Part shown: positions 60,701 to 64,000 of the stretch, in pieces
Numbering within the stretch: the stretch's first letter is position 1
Layout: every line of letters starts with the position of its first letter
Source of the DNA: Marsupella aquatica
Taxonomy: Eukaryota; Plantae; Marchantiophyta
Length of the DNA stretch: 64,000 bases
Reading direction: 5' to 3'
Assembly (NCBI GenBank): GCA_973895155.1
Contig: OZ316896.1
Span: forward strand, 930,001 to 994,000
Position numbers and translations under genes: made by a program
Notes under the pieces: model-generated
The model's input: the letters and a program-made list of their open reading frames with translations, nothing else
Database searches by the model: none
Told to the model about the DNA's origin: nothing

Positions 60701-60910
60701 GTTCAGACAGGTTTGACGGGCTCAAGTTCCAAAGGAAGTGAAGGAAAATGAGCAACTGATGCAAATTTTGAGTGCTTGGGTTTTGAGTTTCTTGAAGGAA
60801 AAGTGGTCCAAACGCATGAGCTAGGTTTGAGTTTTGATTCTGGTTCAGACTTAGACGAATTTGAGTAAAGTGGAGCAGACCGGAGGCTGCTCAGGTTTAT
60901 TGGGGGAGAA

Positions 60911-61725
60911 TGTCGTGACAAATCGTTTCGGTACCGAGACCAGGGATGAGGAAGTCGATTGGTATTCCGTATTCAATAAGCTGTGAATGCTAAGAAGTCA
61001 AATTGTTTTGGCTTCGAGCCTAACTCAGAGAGTCAATTGGTGTTCCATTTCCAATGAGCTGTGAGTACCGAGGGGTCAAATCGTTTTGACTTTGAGCTCA
61101 ACTCTGAGTGATGATTGGTGTTTTGTTTCTGGTGAGTTTTGGGCATACAAAAGCTAAGGAGTTGGGAGTTGGCTGCGATTGGAATGCGAAGGGCTATTGG
61201 TTTGTCTTCAGGCAACCAAGAGTCTGGCTTTTGAGTTTTGAATCCGCCTGGCAGTGACTCGTCGGGTGGGGATGCTACTTTTGAGGTGTATTTGAGGCCT
61301 GGGCTTCTGTTCAGCCTAGGGGAGTCAATTGTTTTATGGAGTTTTGGATCGAGGATTGAGAGGTTACCGATTGTGAACCAGCGAGCTTAAGTGTTGGATT
61401 GTTGGCGATGCAAATTGAGAGATTTTGAGTAGGATTGAAGTTCTGAGCTTAAGCACTTGAGGAATTGGATTTCGTGGATTTTCCGACTTGATAGCTCTTG
61501 GGAGGACGATAGCTTGATGAAAGATAGATAGTAGCCCGCCGAAGGGTTAGAGATCAGACTTTTATGAGTGACCCCCCAAGGGCACTCATTGTATTGATCA
61601 CAAGATTTTTAGAAAGTAAAGTGTTTGAGTTTGGGCCCTGAATTGTGTTTATCACTTGTCTGTCCGATCACAGCCATAAATAGTGTATTTTCCTGAGGTG
61701 ACCCCTACATTCAGTCCACGCAACA
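60911..61725 (+). repeat. 3' LTR of decayed copy B
   Basis: TGTCGTG directly after the PPT, ending ..CAGTCCACGCAACA; diverged homolog of the copy A LTR. The outer end is approximate. Confidence 0.7.
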
Positions 61726-61949
61726 ACGTTGAAAGGCTTGGGCTAGATAGTAGTTAGGGGGTGTTACCCTTACGCTATTGCCTGTATGGGAATGTGCGAT
61801 GATGACGCGACGATTGTAGCACACCTAGAAATTTATTCCCTCTTCTAGAATCACTAGGAGCAGATCTCGCCTACATCGTTGTACTGTATTCAAGTACTTT
61901 AAAGTAACAAAGTAACTTTTATCTGTTTTCCTGAAATAGTAAAATGTTA

Positions 61950-62650
61950 GCCTGGGATTCTTGGCCAATCGGAGGATTAAGCATAGTTTGGAAATCAAGC
62001 AGCTACAGGGAGACTGGACACTTGTTGGCGAGACATGTCGACAGATTAGGAGCACCCGAGTGGTTGGAGTGTTGGACAGACCCAGTCCACTACCTTCTAC
62101 TACAAATTGAGAGACAACCTGCCTCATTGAGAGTTAGCTGAATGAACTCAATGACTGGCAATGGGAGTGGAAGGGTAGGAACGATGGTTGGACTTTCCCA
62201 AACACAGTGTGAGTTAAGTATTGCAAGCCAACTACAATTGATGTTACAAAACTGAATCAGTGGTGGGAAGCACATAGGGGGGAATGGTCATTCCCTAAGA
62301 TGAGGTTCTTTGTGTGGTGCTTGCTGAAACATGGTTTTTTCACAAATGGTACTGCAAGCATTGGGGAGTTTGTGGACCGGAAGGTGCAAAGACCAGTTTG
62401 AGCACACCAAAACACTTGTTCTTTAGCTCCAGCCAGGTCACCAAAAGATGGAAGGAGGTTCAAAGACTGGTGCAGCTATTGGGTTTGATGAAGATAATTA
62501 CCACAAATATCACTTTTGTGATTCGAAAGCACAAGAGGAGACCTGGACCTACTGTTGCTGACAGAGATGCACTCCACTATTTGGAACTAGTGCAACAAGG
62601 CCAGTTACTCTCATTTCATTAGGAGATTACCTGGATGGGTTGTCTTGCAC
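61950..62650 (+). pseudogene. Degenerate LINE ORF2 C-terminal (zf-RVT-like) fragment
   Basis: PKMRFFVWCLLKHGF and, in another frame, WGVCG..STPKHLFF..VTKRW resemble the L1-clade C-terminal zinc-binding region. Confidence 0.45.
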
Positions 62651-62926
62651 CAAACCAAAACACACTTGCATTGAGATCTATGCTGGATATTTGCCACTCT
62701 GAAAAGAAGACTAATTACAGTTTCATTACAGTTTTATTATAGTTTAGACCCCCTCCGACACTTTTGCGTCAGATGTTCTTGCACAGGTTCTTATTTGTAT
62801 GACATGAGACGGCCCCTTGACGTATATTATGTCATCCGAGACAGTGTACTAGCTTAAACACAACACCAAAAGATGTTATTTAACGTTGTTCCATTCAGCA
62901 TTAACATGGCACTCCAGGGGTTGTCA

Positions 62927-63410
62927 CACTAGAAGAAGAGATATTCTGAGACTGCAATATGTGACTCCTTCTGGCTCATGTGACTTCATTGTGACAACTT
63001 GACGTGACCTAGGCTGTGACCCACAAAAGTTGAGACCAAAAAATAGAAGTCACAATCGTGACTCGCTTGATACCCATTTGTGACTGATTTGTGACTCCAT
63101 CATGGAGTCTACCTTGTTGATACATGACTATAATATGACTTTAAGTAGTCATATGGTAAGTCAATTCCATGACTTAGTCACCCTCAAAAGCGTTGCCAAC
63201 CTTGTTAAGAGTGACTAACTTGTGACATTTGAGTGTCACAAAATAGACCATGGGGAGACTCTGGTATGAGCTACACAACACAAACATTTGGGTGAGACAT
63301 AGTCATATTTATAACTAATAAGATTGAGATGGAATTTGTAGAAGTTGTAACCATGACTAATCCAAAAATTGGAAGGCAGCAATTGTGTAACAGTTCTTTG
63401 TTCTAGTAGT
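62927..63410. mobile_element. Non-autonomous CACTA (En/Spm) element, about 484 bp
   Basis: Starts CACTAGAAGAA and ends TTCTAGTAGT (terminal G missing). TCA flanks both sides (62924-62926 and 63411-63413). Many GTGAC/GTCAC subterminal-type repeats. Confidence 0.65.
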
Positions 63411-64000
63411 TCATACAAGAGGTAGTCAATTCATGAGCACTCCGCATTACAATACATCTAAACACTCTCATTCATCGTCATTTTAGAAGTATAACACATA
63501 GGAATAAAAGAAATAAACACATCATGAATGACATCCATATGAAACAAAGCAAGACATAAGCATATCCTTCATAAATCTCATTCATGAGAATTAAAGAGAA
63601 TCACAATACAGCTAAAGATGATGATCAATTCAATTATAATTGTATAATTTATAATGTCATCAATTTGATTCAGAAAAACAGGAACTTCTAAACTGATCAT
63701 TATTTGAAATAATTGAAGGCAAATGAATGATACTATCAATTATCAAATTAACCCACTTGCGGTCATGTACATGTTAACTCAGTTCCATAAGCTCTCATCT
63801 GTTTGTAGGTCAAAATTGGCACTCTAGGTGGCACAGTCCATCCGACTTAACATTGATCCAATACAAAATCTGGAGACATCTATGTAAACATGAAACTCCT
63901 TGTTCCAATCGGGAGTGGTTAGTATTGGGGCAGATGGGAGCCATTTTGTCAAATCTTCAAAGGCAATGACCCGTCAAGAAGTCATTTCTAGAATTGCATC

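Larger units (their letters stand above)
44268..61725 (+). mobile_element. Decayed Ty3/gypsy copy B (same family as A, 5'-truncated), split by the young element
   Basis: Protease DFLWGGCPDVIVKF..ILGMPFIIA (about 44271-44396) continues as LRMETKILDDTTYMVKI after 57785. RT, RH and IN fragments with many stops follow (58536-60600), then PPT TGGGGGAGAA (60901-60910) and an LTR. Confidence 0.88.

Noticed and set aside
36100-62650. One LINE split by the whole LTR stack
   Set aside because: No TSD links 38417 to 61726, the RT core is not found on the right, and the two fragments cannot be shown to be the same family.

Overview
Eukaryotic plant nuclear DNA; gene style and TE content suggest a bryophyte or liverwort (inference). 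There are two intact spliced genes on the minus strand: a UDP-rhamnose/UDP-galactose transporter (URGT family, 5 coding exons, 342 aa) and a very long POLAR-like protein (5 coding exons, about 1570 aa). The intergenic DNA holds several non-autonomous DNA transposons: a Harbinger/Tourist MITE with TAA TSD, a Mutator-like foldback with 9-bp TSD, a CACTA derivative with TCA TSD, and small foldbacks. From about 36 kb on there is a nested retrotransposon stack. It comprises a LINE relic, two decayed Ty3/gypsy relatives fused head-to-head, and inside them a very young, complete 13.4-kb Athila-like Ty3/gypsy element (44397-57780; 1308-bp LTRs, ATTGC TSD, tRNA-Asp-type PBS). That element is the most interesting object. 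Its gag-protease and RT-RH-IN ORFs are in one frame, separated only by TGA-CAA-TTA, a TMV-type readthrough context. After pol it has a duplicated PPT and a ~1020-codon accessory frame, split by two in-frame TGAs, that ends in a second retropepsin-like protease. Arrays of an 18-bp palindrome (GACGCT-N6-AGCGTC) sit specifically in its non-coding control regions.
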